Source of the DNA: an uncultured Candidatus Berkelbacteria bacterium
Lineage (GTDB): Bacteria; Patescibacteriota; UBA1384; UBA12157; JAENIV01
Direction: 5' to 3'
DNA length: 55,518 nt
Assembly: GCA_963698075.1 (NCBI GenBank)
Contig: OY969116.1
Location: 255,492 to 311,009 of the forward strand
Of the stretch, positions 46,862-55,489 are shown one piece after another; within the stretch, counting starts at the first letter, position 1, and the number at the start of each line of letters is the position of its first letter. A model generated the notes under the pieces. It ran no database searches, was not told the DNA's origin, and saw only the letters and a program-made list of their open reading frames with translations. A program made the position numbers and the translations under genes.

Positions 46862-47776
46862 CTAATTTTTGTTCATCTTTTTTCCCGGGATTTCTGACAT
46901 AATTGATTGCATTGTGATAGAAAAGGTCGCTTTTGCCTGCTCGAGCGTTAATTCTGTTGGCTTACTGTTTTTTTGGATTTCGTAAGGCGTTATCTTATCG
47001 GTTTTTAGGTTCCCATATGCTTGAAAAGAGCCACTATTTGCGTCGAAAAGACCATTGGCTTCAATGATTTTAACTTTTGAAAGATGATTGCGCATTGCTA
47101 CCTCATAAAATATTTTTACATTGTCTACAACAATCGGTTTTTTCTCATCCTTTGCAAATACAAACACATCACTGGTAATTCTAGTAGGATGATATATGTA
47201 TCTTCCAGGTTTTTTAATAAGATCATTGCTATCATTCCAAATATTGCGCACTACTGCATAACCTGACAAAGAAAAATTTGGAGGGCCATCAAAATAAATT
47301 TGAGTAGGCGGAATTTGGGTAAGTTTGTATGCTTCGGGATCAGAACTTTGAAATAAAAAAGAAAAAGACTTCAGATAAGTATCTTGAAGAAAAACAGAAG
47401 CATATATCCGCGGAAGAATATTTGTATCCTTTGTGTCTATTAAATTATACAAGGATATTCCTAGTTCTTTTGCAGTTCTCATGGCGCCACTTGTGTATCG
47501 TGAGTTAGAAACAACAGCACCCCTTTTTGCACCGACGTTCATGAGTTTTCCGTATAATTCTTCAATTTTAGGCGTGTCTAAAAGTCTTTTTAAGTCTTTA
47601 CATTCGTAAATTAAAAAGTCATTAGGAAGGTGTCTGTTAATTGAGACATCAATTTGTCTGGGGGTTTCTGATAGTTTTCCTTTTATTTTTATGTTGTGTT
47701 CCACATTTTCTTTGGGATGTAGCAATCTAACTGTTTCATACACCTTCGTTTCATAATTTTTCCATTTTTTAGCCAT
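46862..47776 (-). CDS. Mrr-like PD-(D/E)xK restriction endonuclease domain protein with unknown C-terminal domain
   Basis: 304 aa. The N-terminal ~115 aa read QIDVS...LIYECKD...GAKRGAVVSNSRYTSGA (the D...E-x-K pattern of Mrr_cat). The remaining ~180 aa match nothing I recognise. Confidence 0.65.
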   Translation of the reverse strand: MAKKWKNYETKVYETVRLLHPKENVEHNIKIKGKLSETPRQIDVSINRHLPNDFLIYECKDLKRLLDTPKIEELYGKLMNVGAKRGAVVSNSRYTSGAMRTAKELGISLYNLIDTKDTNILPRIYASVFLQDTYLKSFSFLFQSSDPEAYKLTQIPPTQIYFDGPPNFSLSGYAVVRNIWNDSNDLIKKPGRYIYHPTRITSDVFVFAKDEKKPIVVDNVKIFYEVAMRNHLSKVKIIEANGLFDANSGSFQAYGNLKTDKITPYEIQKNSKPTELTLEQAKATFSITMQSIMSEIPGKKMNKN

Positions 47777-47787
47777 CCGTCTCCTAA

Positions 47788-48642
47788 CTATTTCTTAGGT
47801 GGCCAATAAACCCCAAGAACTACAAAGGCGTTATAAGGAAAGATTGTGCCTACGATAAGATAAGAATCTCTTGTGTCTGCCCACATAACTTTTAAAAACT
47901 TTTCTTTGATTTTCGATAATATTACGTCGATAGAATATTCATAATTATTTTTTAATGAACGATATAGCTCATAGATTTCCCAATCGATTATTCGAAGTGC
48001 ATGCGTCTTCTTACATTTTGGGTCATCACAACTAAATTTGTAACTAAATTCGTATGGACAAGTTTCGAGTTCTTTAGTTTGTTTTGTAAAGCCGAGCGTA
48101 AGCTGATTTTTGATAGCCTTTTTCCTTGGGTTCAAATCAGATTTAGCCGGTTTAATCAGAAGATCATGCATTATCGAGGGCTTAAATATGCCTAATGATT
48201 TTTTACTGGTGCCGTAATCCTCAGTTATTTTTTCTAAACTTTTAGAAATCGTCGGTAAAACAACCTTATTTCTTTCGTCCCAGCCATTCTTGCCACTTGT
48301 GGATAGTAAATTAAGCAGCTTAATGGAATCTTCTTTTGGCCTAAAGCTGTCCACTCTCTTATCCCGTTTGGGATCGTGCTTCTTTACTTCGATTTCGATC
48401 CACTGATACTTCTTATACAATTTATCGCGATCGAGATAACGGTAAGAAATGGGGTACAGCCTAATCCATTCGCCTTTATCGGTTATCCCTGCAGTACAAA
48501 CAGTCTCTCGGTATTTTTTCGAGAGATTGGGGATTGTCTTTGCCACAATGAGGATTTTTTTTATTTGGTAATCTAAATCGGCGCCACCATCAGGCTTTTC
48601 TGATTCTGCTGTAATTCGCTTGCTATTATCGAACGATGACAT
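47788..48642 (-). CDS. hypothetical protein with Cys/His cluster (CPYEFSYKFSCDDPKCKKTH)
   Basis: 284 aa, long clean ORF lying 11 nt upstream of the nuclease gene. No family recognised. The conserved-looking N-terminus is ETVCTAGITDKGEWIRLYPISYRYL. Confidence 0.6.
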   Translation of the reverse strand: MSSFDNSKRITAESEKPDGGADLDYQIKKILIVAKTIPNLSKKYRETVCTAGITDKGEWIRLYPISYRYLDRDKLYKKYQWIEIEVKKHDPKRDKRVDSFRPKEDSIKLLNLLSTSGKNGWDERNKVVLPTISKSLEKITEDYGTSKKSLGIFKPSIMHDLLIKPAKSDLNPRKKAIKNQLTLGFTKQTKELETCPYEFSYKFSCDDPKCKKTHALRIIDWEIYELYRSLKNNYEYSIDVILSKIKEKFLKVMWADTRDSYLIVGTIFPYNAFVVLGVYWPPKK

Positions 48643-49007
48643 AGATCACTTTCTTTTTCGTAGCACATTAACAAAGTAACATTGCCATTCAATAATCCAA
48701 TAAGTGTTTTCATGTCTTCTACCTGGCCTCTTATATATTTACGATACTCTCTAAAAAATCTCGGGTAGTCGCTTGTGGCTTTAAGTTGATTTCTAATCTC
48801 CGTAGGGCTACCTAAGCGGCCAAGGTGATAGTATACTATTCCTTTTTTTGTTAGCGCCTCGGACAGTGCGGTTTTAGAAAATCCTTTTTTCCTACTCAGC
48901 GGAATTTCTCTGACATCAATCAGAATCTGAACATTATTCGTCTTAACCTTGACCAGAAACTCGTCCAGTGTTTCACCCTCATAACCAGCGAGATAAACTT
49001 TTGTTAT
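48573..49007 (-). CDS. DUF488 family protein lacking a canonical start codon (ATA at the expected position)
   Basis: Absent from the ORF track. 144 codons: ITKVYLAGYEGETLDEFLVKVKTNNVQILIDVREIPLSRKKGFSK..LGSP..LLMCYEKESDLCHRSIIA. SD ggagg lies 5 nt before the ATA, and an in-frame TAG sits 4 codons upstream. Confidence 0.7.
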   Translation of the reverse strand: MTKVYLAGYEGETLDEFLVKVKTNNVQILIDVREIPLSRKKGFSKTALSEALTKKGIVYYHLGRLGSPTEIRNQLKATSDYPRFFREYRKYIRGQVEDMKTLIGLLNGNVTLLMCYEKESDLCHRSIIASELQQNQKSLMVAPI

Positions 49008-49024
49008 ATTCCCCTCCTATATAA

Positions 49025-49053
49025 ATAATACAACCATAACCAAATATCTTCAA
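49025..49053 (-). promoter_or_regulatory. sigma70-type promoter of the DUF488 cassette
   Basis: Minus strand reads TTGAAG, 17 nt, TATTAT, ending ~17 nt before the ATA codon. Confidence 0.5.
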
Positions 49054-49069
49054 GATTTGGCATAATTTT

Positions 49070-49657
49070 TTATTTTTCCACTTTAAAAATCTTCCCATGC
49101 CCCGGGATAATGTAGTCGGCATGTTCTAAAATATTTTCCCGAGATTTTTTAAGCTCTTCTGTATTCTTCGCATATTCATCAGATTTATTCATTAAACTTT
49201 CGCGATCGGTTTTTTGTTCTTCCTCATCCCACCACCAAAACACATCTTCGGCGACAACGATGGTCCCATTATCGGTTTTTACCACGACCGAGCAATGAAA
49301 CGGATCGTGACCGGGTGTTTTAATAACTTTTATATCGTCGCTCGGGAAGGGCTTGTCAGCGACATAATCCTCGTAACCACCTTCGAAAGTATAAATTGCC
49401 CCATCATCCACTAATTTGGCTTTTTCAAAAATGCCAGCCAAACCGCAATGGTCGAGATGCGTGTGCGAAATCACGACATAATTAATATCGCGAGGCATTA
49501 GATTCTCTTTGGCCAAACCATCAAGCAGTTTTGTCCGATCCATCCCCGGGTCAACGATGATTTTCGTATCCTTATCAATAATTAACACGCAGCTTGAGGT
49601 CGCTTTGCCAGATTTTTTGATTGCGTAACCTTCGACTAAAATTTTTACTTCAGCCAT
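49070..49657 (-). CDS. MBL-fold metallo-hydrolase
   Basis: VISHTHLDHCG (HxHxDH) and later His/Asp ligands (TPGHDPFH, IPGHG). Confidence 0.88.
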   Translation of the reverse strand: MAEVKILVEGYAIKKSGKATSSCVLIIDKDTKIIVDPGMDRTKLLDGLAKENLMPRDINYVVISHTHLDHCGLAGIFEKAKLVDDGAIYTFEGGYEDYVADKPFPSDDIKVIKTPGHDPFHCSVVVKTDNGTIVVAEDVFWWWDEEEQKTDRESLMNKSDEYAKNTEELKKSRENILEHADYIIPGHGKIFKVEK

Positions 49658-49844
49658 ACTTTACTTCCCAGAAATCACTAATTGTTAATCCATCTCACTC
49701 CCATTATACCTGCCACCATAAAACAAATACAACCACATCACACATTACCTAAGTAAACATTCTTAAATTCTTAAGAAATTGAGAATAGTCCATCAAGTTG
49801 TTTTTTTTCTGAATTCAGAGTATTTTTAATAAAGAGGAGGGAAA

Positions 49845-51893
49845 TTGTCACGAACAACTAAGATCTTATTTGCTATTATTGTTATTATTGTTCTTGCCGG
49901 ACTTTTAGTGGGTATTTATTTCTTAGGCAAATCAAAAAGTTCTTCGACGTATAAATCTGTTAGTAGTAAGCCAAACGGTTGGTTTAGTACCGGCCAAGAT
50001 GCCGATTTGATGCTTTCCGGAATTGATTTTAACAATACTGGCGGAGCGCTGCTGTTTAACCACCAAGGTGGCATCGCTAGCGACGGAAAACATCTACTCC
50101 TAGCGGACCGCAACAATAACCGTATTTTAATTTGGAACTCTCTACCGCAAGGCAATACCAAGCCAGATCTTGTGCTTGGTCAAAAAGATTTTATTACCAA
50201 TAACCCGGGCAGTGGGCCGGATGGATTAAACTGGCCGGTGGCAGTGGCAACCAACGGCACGCATATAGTCGTGGCCGATACCAACAATAATCGCATCTTA
50301 ATTTGGAACTCTTTTCCCAGTAAAAATGACCAACCAGCTGACCTTGCCATTACCAATGCCGGCGGCGGCACCGGACCTGCTCCTAAGCAAATTTCCATTA
50401 ACGATCTAAAACGGACTATTGTTTGGCCCTGGGCGGTTTGGACGAATGGCGAAAAACTGGTTGTTACATCCACTTCAACATCATCAGTGCTGATTTGGAA
50501 CTCTTTTCCCAGTCAAAATGACCAACCGGCTGACATTGCGCTCAAGGCCCAAGACAAGTTTGGCACTCCCCGTTCCATTGCCAGTGATGGTAATCATTTG
50601 ATGATTGGCGACCATAATGCCAGAGCCAATGGCAACAATCCCGGCAACTTTTTCTGGAAAACCTTCCCGACGAAAGACGACCAGCCATATGATTTTTTTA
50701 TAACCAGCGCGATGAGCAACAACAAGCAAGGGGAAAGCGCGCACGGTGAAATTTTTTGGGGCGGCGCATTTACGCCAGAAGGAAAATTCATCACTATGGG
50801 CGACTCGTTGGATATTTGGAACGCCTTCCCGCAAAATGAAAAAGACTTGCCGACATTGATCGTCGGTAACTCGGGGCCTACTGACAACAGCGCTTATAGA
50901 TTTATGGCTGGCGACGGCAGTGGCATTGTTCTAGCTGATAAGACGCTTTATATCTCTACTACCAACGGCAATAAAATTGTGGTTTATAAAAATCTCCCCA
51001 CAGCCGCCTCTCAAAAACCAGATTTTGCCATTGGCTCACCGGATATCAACACCAACACGCTCGATACTAATTTTATTATGAGCAATCCAGTACCGGCAAC
51101 CGACGGTAAAAGTCTGTTTGTCAGCTCCGATTTTGACAACAAACTCTATGTCTATAAAAATTTGCCCGACCAAGCCAACGCGCATCCTGATTATGTTTAT
51201 CCTTACGGAGGTTGGGATAACGCACTTTACCAGAACACCTTCGCCGAGGCCAATTCCAGAACAGTTTATATCTGGAAGACACTTCCTACTAATGGCAACG
51301 AACCCGACATTGTCTTAAACGACCATATCGGCAATATCCAGTTACAAGAGGCCAAGGGCGTGGCGATCGATGAAAAATATTTTTATCTTTCCGACGCGAA
51401 TGCCAATAAAATCTACGTCTTTGAAGGTATCCCCACTCAAAATAGCACGCCCAAATTCACGCTAAATTCCGACCGGCCCTTAAGACTTTCCAGTGACGGC
51501 AGTTATTTAGTAGTCGCCAATACGGAGTCATCAAAAGATAACGGCAATGTTCGCGTTTATCAAGTTGATAAATTGCAAAATGATGCCCAGCCGCAAATTC
51601 TAAAATTCCAAAGTCCGGGCACCAATCTACCCCAAAGCGCGGAAGTCAGCCATGGCAGTCTGTTTGTTGCTGACACCGGTTTTAATCGCGTTCTCGTTTG
51701 GAAAAAAATAGAAGATGCTCTTTCTGACAAACAACCCGATGTCGTATTAGGACAAAGCAATCTCAACGATACTGCGCCAGCGATTGGCAAGAACAAAACT
51801 TTTTGGCCGGCCAATACCGCGTTTGATGGCAGTTTTCTTTGGGTTGGAGAATTTAAATTTTCAGAACGTTTATTGCGCTTCGATGTGCATTAA
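49845..51893 (+). CDS. membrane-anchored NHL-repeat beta-propeller protein
   Basis: TTG start after SD gaggaggg, then an N-terminal TM segment. Repeated D(R/T)NNNRILIWNS-type NHL motifs. Confidence 0.8.
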   Translation: MSRTTKILFAIIVIIVLAGLLVGIYFLGKSKSSSTYKSVSSKPNGWFSTGQDADLMLSGIDFNNTGGALLFNHQGGIASDGKHLLLADRNNNRILIWNSLPQGNTKPDLVLGQKDFITNNPGSGPDGLNWPVAVATNGTHIVVADTNNNRILIWNSFPSKNDQPADLAITNAGGGTGPAPKQISINDLKRTIVWPWAVWTNGEKLVVTSTSTSSVLIWNSFPSQNDQPADIALKAQDKFGTPRSIASDGNHLMIGDHNARANGNNPGNFFWKTFPTKDDQPYDFFITSAMSNNKQGESAHGEIFWGGAFTPEGKFITMGDSLDIWNAFPQNEKDLPTLIVGNSGPTDNSAYRFMAGDGSGIVLADKTLYISTTNGNKIVVYKNLPTAASQKPDFAIGSPDINTNTLDTNFIMSNPVPATDGKSLFVSSDFDNKLYVYKNLPDQANAHPDYVYPYGGWDNALYQNTFAEANSRTVYIWKTLPTNGNEPDIVLNDHIGNIQLQEAKGVAIDEKYFYLSDANANKIYVFEGIPTQNSTPKFTLNSDRPLRLSSDGSYLVVANTESSKDNGNVRVYQVDKLQNDAQPQILKFQSPGTNLPQSAEVSHGSLFVADTGFNRVLVWKKIEDALSDKQPDVVLGQSNLNDTAPAIGKNKTFWPANTAFDGSFLWVGEFKFSERLLRFDVH

Positions 51894-51930
51894 AGTAACA
51901 TATTTGGTAACCCAAACGAGATGAGGGAAA

Positions 51931-52854
51931 ATGAGTCGTTTGACTAAAATATTGCTTATTGTTTTGGGGATTCTTATTTTTGCGGGAATTTTGCTCGGAG
52001 TTTATTTTTTCACTAAGTCAAAAAGTTTCTCCACTCCGTCGAAGTCCAACACCGTGGCGCAAGATCCCAATGGTCCCTATTACCATAAAATTTATCTGGC
52101 AACTTCAAAAGACGGCCTGACTTGGCAAAAGCAAGATAAAGTTCTCTTTGATCACGCTTCGGTTCCGGGAGCAGTTATTAAAGATGATGTCATTTACCTT
52201 TATTTTGTAGATGCTTCAGGCGATTTAAGTGATCAACTCTCGGTTGGCATAAGTAAAGATTTAGGTAAAAGTTTTAATAAACAAAAAATAGTAATAAAAG
52301 GCGCTACCTTAGCTGCCGTTGATCCAAATCCGGTTTTGTTAGACAATGGCCAAATCCGGCTTTATTATTTTGCTAGTCCTGTTACTGCCGGCGACCCGGC
52401 TGCGGCCTCGGGGCCACACAAAATTATATCCGCCCAGTCAAGCGATGGTATTAATTTTGATAGTCCCCGCGAGGTTTTTGCCGAAGAAAATATTACTGAT
52501 CCGGACGTCTTTAAAACCGCCAAAGATTGGCGATTATTCGTTTCTCACGGCACCTCTTTGGATTTGGCTATTTCTAGCGATAATGGAATCACTTTTACCA
52601 AGCAGAATGATTTTTCGTGGAATAACGGCGGTGTTTCCAGCACCGATGATATTTCTGGAACATTACGGACCTACTATTGCGGCCAAGGCGGAATTGGTAG
52701 CGCCATCGGCGCCGACACCGGTAAATTAACGGCTGAAGCCGGTATTCGGGTGGCCGAAAGCAATAAAATTGTTTGCGATCCCTCTGTGATTCAACTTCCC
52801 GACGGTACCTATATGATGTTTTACAAAGTTCAGGAACTAACTCAAAATAAATAG
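51931..52854 (+). CDS. membrane-anchored BNR/Asp-box (sialidase-like) beta-propeller protein
   Basis: N-terminal TM segment. Asp-boxes TSKDGLTW, SKDLGKSF, SSDGINF, SSDNGITF. Confidence 0.7.
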   Translation: MSRLTKILLIVLGILIFAGILLGVYFFTKSKSFSTPSKSNTVAQDPNGPYYHKIYLATSKDGLTWQKQDKVLFDHASVPGAVIKDDVIYLYFVDASGDLSDQLSVGISKDLGKSFNKQKIVIKGATLAAVDPNPVLLDNGQIRLYYFASPVTAGDPAAASGPHKIISAQSSDGINFDSPREVFAEENITDPDVFKTAKDWRLFVSHGTSLDLAISSDNGITFTKQNDFSWNNGGVSSTDDISGTLRTYYCGQGGIGSAIGADTGKLTAEAGIRVAESNKIVCDPSVIQLPDGTYMMFYKVQELTQNK

Positions 52855-52965
52855 AAAAATCTTGTTCTCACTTGAATATCTTCTCAAAAAAAGAGTATAA
52901 TGAGCCCAAATTAAGAATGCTTTAGCCCGCTAAACGCGGGTCCGCGATAGCGGAAAAGGAGCAAA

Positions 52966-53724
52966 ATGAATTATCTCTATGGTGTAATTGCGTTTGTGGT
53001 TCTACTTATTATTTTTCGGGCATTTCGGGTAATTCAGCAATACGAAAAGGGAGTGGTTTTTCGTTTGGGAAAAGTCTGGGGTGAGAAAAATCCCGGCTTT
53101 CGGTTCATTATTCCAATTATTGATCGGCTAAGAAAAGTCTCGCTCCGGATTGTGACGATGCCGGTACCGGCGCAAAAAATTATCACCAAAGACAATGTTT
53201 CCATTGATGTCGCGGCAGTGGCTTACTATCGGGTCAAAAATGCCACCAAATCTTTGGTGGCGATTCAAAATGTGGATTCGGCCATTAATCAGATCGCCCA
53301 GACAACGGTTCGCAACATTGTCGGCCAGTTTATGCTCGACCAGGTGCTTTCTGAAACAGTCAAGATTAATGAAAAAATCAAGGAAATCATTGATGTTCAT
53401 ACCGAAGCCTGGGGCGTGGAAGTCACCACCGTGGAAATTAAAGATATCCAACTGCCGGAGACAATGCAAAGAGCAATGGCCAAACAAGCTGAAGCCGAGC
53501 GTGAGAAACGAGCAAAAATTATTGCGGCTGAAGGCGAGCTTTTGAGTGCCAAAAATTTGGGAGCGGCGGCGGATATTATTTCTGCGCACCCGATTGCTTT
53601 ACAGCTTCGTAATTTACAAGTTCTAACCGAAATTGCGGTCGAAAAAAACTCAACGATTGTTTTTCCAAATTCATTTTTTTCAACCATCAACGACGTCAAA
53701 AAGTTTTTGAATTTGGAAAAATAG
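52966..53724 (+). CDS. SPFH/band 7 (stomatin-like) protein
   Basis: N-terminal TM segment, [15 protein letters not shown], and C-terminal coiled coil [17 protein letters not shown]. Confidence 0.92.
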   Translation: MNYLYGVIAFVVLLIIFRAFRVIQQYEKGVVFRLGKVWGEKNPGFRFIIPIIDRLRKVSLRIVTMPVPAQKIITKDNVSIDVAAVAYYRVKNATKSLVAIQNVDSAINQIAQTTVRNIVGQFMLDQVLSETVKINEKIKEIIDVHTEAWGVEVTTVEIKDIQLPETMQRAMAKQAEAEREKRAKIIAAEGELLSAKNLGAAADIISAHPIALQLRNLQVLTEIAVEKNSTIVFPNSFFSTINDVKKFLNLEK

Positions 53725-53755
53725 GTTTTTCTCCCGGGCAGGGTATGAAGTTAAG

Positions 53756-53826
53756 CTGCGGGGGCTGGATTCGAACCAGCGCAACGGCCTCCAAAGGGCC
53801 GCGTCCTACCGCTAGACGACCCCGCA
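53756..53826 (-). tRNA. tRNA-Gln (anticodon UUG)
   Basis: 71-nt cloverleaf read on the minus strand. Acceptor UGCGGGG/CCCCGCA (U1-A72), anticodon loop CUUUGGA, T-arm GCUGG UUCGAAU CCAGC. CCA is not encoded. Confidence 0.9.
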
Positions 53827-53834
53827 TTACCCCA

Positions 53835-53863
53835 ATCTTATCATTTTCACCTTGATTTTTCAA
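53835..53863 (-). promoter_or_regulatory. promoter of tRNA-Gln
   Basis: Minus strand reads TTGAAA, 17 nt, TAAGAT, ending 8 nt before the tRNA 5' end. Confidence 0.55.
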
Positions 53864-53871
53864 CCAAAAAA

Positions 53872-54213
53872 GCCCTAAGTAATCGATAAGCCAGGTTTTG
53901 TTTTGGCGATATCTATCTAAGCGTCGGAACTCCGGGACATCGGGTCGAGCAGACCTTGATGATATTTGGAGTCCATCCGACTTGCACCACGTAGGGTTTT
54001 CACCGCACCATGTCACCATGGTTGCGCGTGGGCTCTTACCCCACGATTTCAACCTTACTCTTACCTTGCCGGCAGTGAGCGGTGTGTTTCTGTTGCACTA
54101 TTCCCTAGGTCACCCTTGGTCGCCTTATGGCGACTACGTTGCTCTATGGTGCCTGGACTTTCCTCCCCATCCGCCAGTTGGCGGACAGAGCATTCGCCTC
54201 GATTACTTAAGGC
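53872..54213 (-). ncRNA. rnpB: RNase P RNA, bacterial type A
   Basis: Minus strand contains GGAGGAAAGUCCAGGC, GUGCAACAGAAACA, GGUAAGAGCCCACG and ACAAAACCUGGCUUAUCG. P1 pairs GCCUUAAGUAAUCGA with UCGAUUACUUAGGGC. Confidence 0.9.
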
Positions 54214-54219
54214 AACCTT

Positions 54220-54247
54220 ATTATACCATAAAAAAAGCATTTGTCAA
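54220..54247 (-). promoter_or_regulatory. promoter of rnpB (extended -10)
   Basis: Minus strand reads TTGACA, 16 nt, TATAAT, with TGG immediately 5' of the -10. The predicted TSS coincides with the P1 5' end. Confidence 0.65.
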
Positions 54248-54274
54248 TCAAAAAAGAGCAAATCCCTAAACTTA

Positions 54275-54303
54275 TTGACATCAAGGATTTCTTCTGCTAT
54301 AGT
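54275..54303 (+). promoter_or_regulatory. promoter of pilin-like gene
   Basis: TTGACA, 17 nt, TATAGT. Confidence 0.6.
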
Positions 54304-54415
54304 ATTGTTGACTTTTGAAACGGTCCAAAATCCACAAGAAAGGAGGTCTGTACCTTCCTATCGACGTCGGATTGGGACCGGATCCGACGATCAAAGCTGC
54401 AGCAAGGAGAAAGCC

Positions 54416-55432
54416 GTGAGAAGGCGTAAGGGTTTCACCCTGATCGAGCTGCTAGTGGTCATCGCGATTATCGCGATCCTGGCAGCGATGCTGTTCCCGG
54501 TCTTTGCGCGCGCTCGTGAGTCGGCGCGCAAAATCCAGTGTCTCTCGAACGTCAAGAACATCGCCATCGCGGTCCAGATGTACCTGACGGACTATGACAG
54601 GTTCCCGCCCTGTGAGCATAGTCCGGAGGCGAACGCGTACTTCCAGACCGCTCCTGGCGGCGGAACCGACGCGCCCAACGACTGCTGCAACCGTAAGCCA
54701 CAGGCTAACCCCTTCCTCCGCTGGCCGGTAATCATGGACGAATACACCAAGAACCGCGATGTCTACCGTTGCCCGAGCGCCAAGCGCGCCATCGTGGCAA
54801 GGTGGATCGTGCCCAACTACGGCCGCGGCTACCTGGACTATCTCAAGCAGAGTGAGGGTCACTGGGGCCGGAACGATCCTGACTGTGGCGGAGGACCCTG
54901 TTGTCTGGCTTTCCCACCGGGCTGGGGAGGTTCGGTCACTGACTCCATCGCCCAGCACCAGGAGTCTGGCACAGACACTGGGGCCGCGGAAACCACCATC
55001 TGCTTCGCCGAGAACGCTTTGACCAACTCCAAGGAGTCACAGGTCTCTGACCCGGCATACTGCGTTGTTGCCGGCGACTCCTCGATCTACGCCAATATCC
55101 TCGGCGTAGACGACATGATGTACAACCTCTGCGGTCTAAGCTGTGGTAATGCTGACTGGGCGAACTGTCCGGACACGCAGACCTGCGGACTCGACTCGCA
55201 CTTGGTTGACAAGTGGGCGACAGACCCGTCCTTCCGTGCCAAGTACACCCGGCATATGGGCGGTGGCAACGTCGGTTTCGCCGACGGCCATGCGGCCTGG
55301 TTCAACGCCGAAGCCCTGGCCGCGATCACCCCCGACTGCGTGTGCTGCTCGCCTGAGACGGGCGGCACCGGCTCGACCATGCACACCGAGGGCCGGCCGA
55401 TCCGCGGCCTCTGCCCCTACGGGCTGGGCTAG
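54416..55432 (+). CDS. prepilin-type N-terminal cleavage/methylation domain protein with H-X9-DG (DUF1559-like) C-terminus
   Basis: GTG at 54416 after SD aaggag. RRRKGFTLIELLVVIAIIAILAAMLFP and HMGGGNVGFADGH. The upstream 150 codons of the track ORF overlie rnpB and are rejected. Confidence 0.85.
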   Translation: MRRRKGFTLIELLVVIAIIAILAAMLFPVFARARESARKIQCLSNVKNIAIAVQMYLTDYDRFPPCEHSPEANAYFQTAPGGGTDAPNDCCNRKPQANPFLRWPVIMDEYTKNRDVYRCPSAKRAIVARWIVPNYGRGYLDYLKQSEGHWGRNDPDCGGGPCCLAFPPGWGGSVTDSIAQHQESGTDTGAAETTICFAENALTNSKESQVSDPAYCVVAGDSSIYANILGVDDMMYNLCGLSCGNADWANCPDTQTCGLDSHLVDKWATDPSFRAKYTRHMGGGNVGFADGHAAWFNAEALAAITPDCVCCSPETGGTGSTMHTEGRPIRGLCPYGLG

Positions 55433-55455
55433 TGATGTCGATCGTACTGACGTTT

Positions 55456-55489
55456 GGGACGCGCTGCTAAGCGCGTCCCTTCTTTTTTT
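55456..55489 (+). terminator. rho-independent terminator
   Basis: gggacgcgc tgctaa gcgcgtccc followed by ttcttttttt. Confidence 0.85.

Noticed and set aside
54170-54185. Similarity of the rnpB hairpin tccgcc agtt ggcgga to hairpins at 29645 and 40843, read as evidence of a mobile element inside rnpB.
   Set aside because: Within rnpB it is the expected P3-type helix. A 6-bp GC stem is too short to infer homology.
53966-54415. N-terminal 150 codons of the 488-aa track ORF 53966..55432, plus ORFs 53696..54052(-) and 53898..54269(+).
   Set aside because: They lie on the RNase P RNA gene. The pilin-like CDS has its own promoter, SD and GTG start at 54416, giving the canonical prepilin N-terminus.
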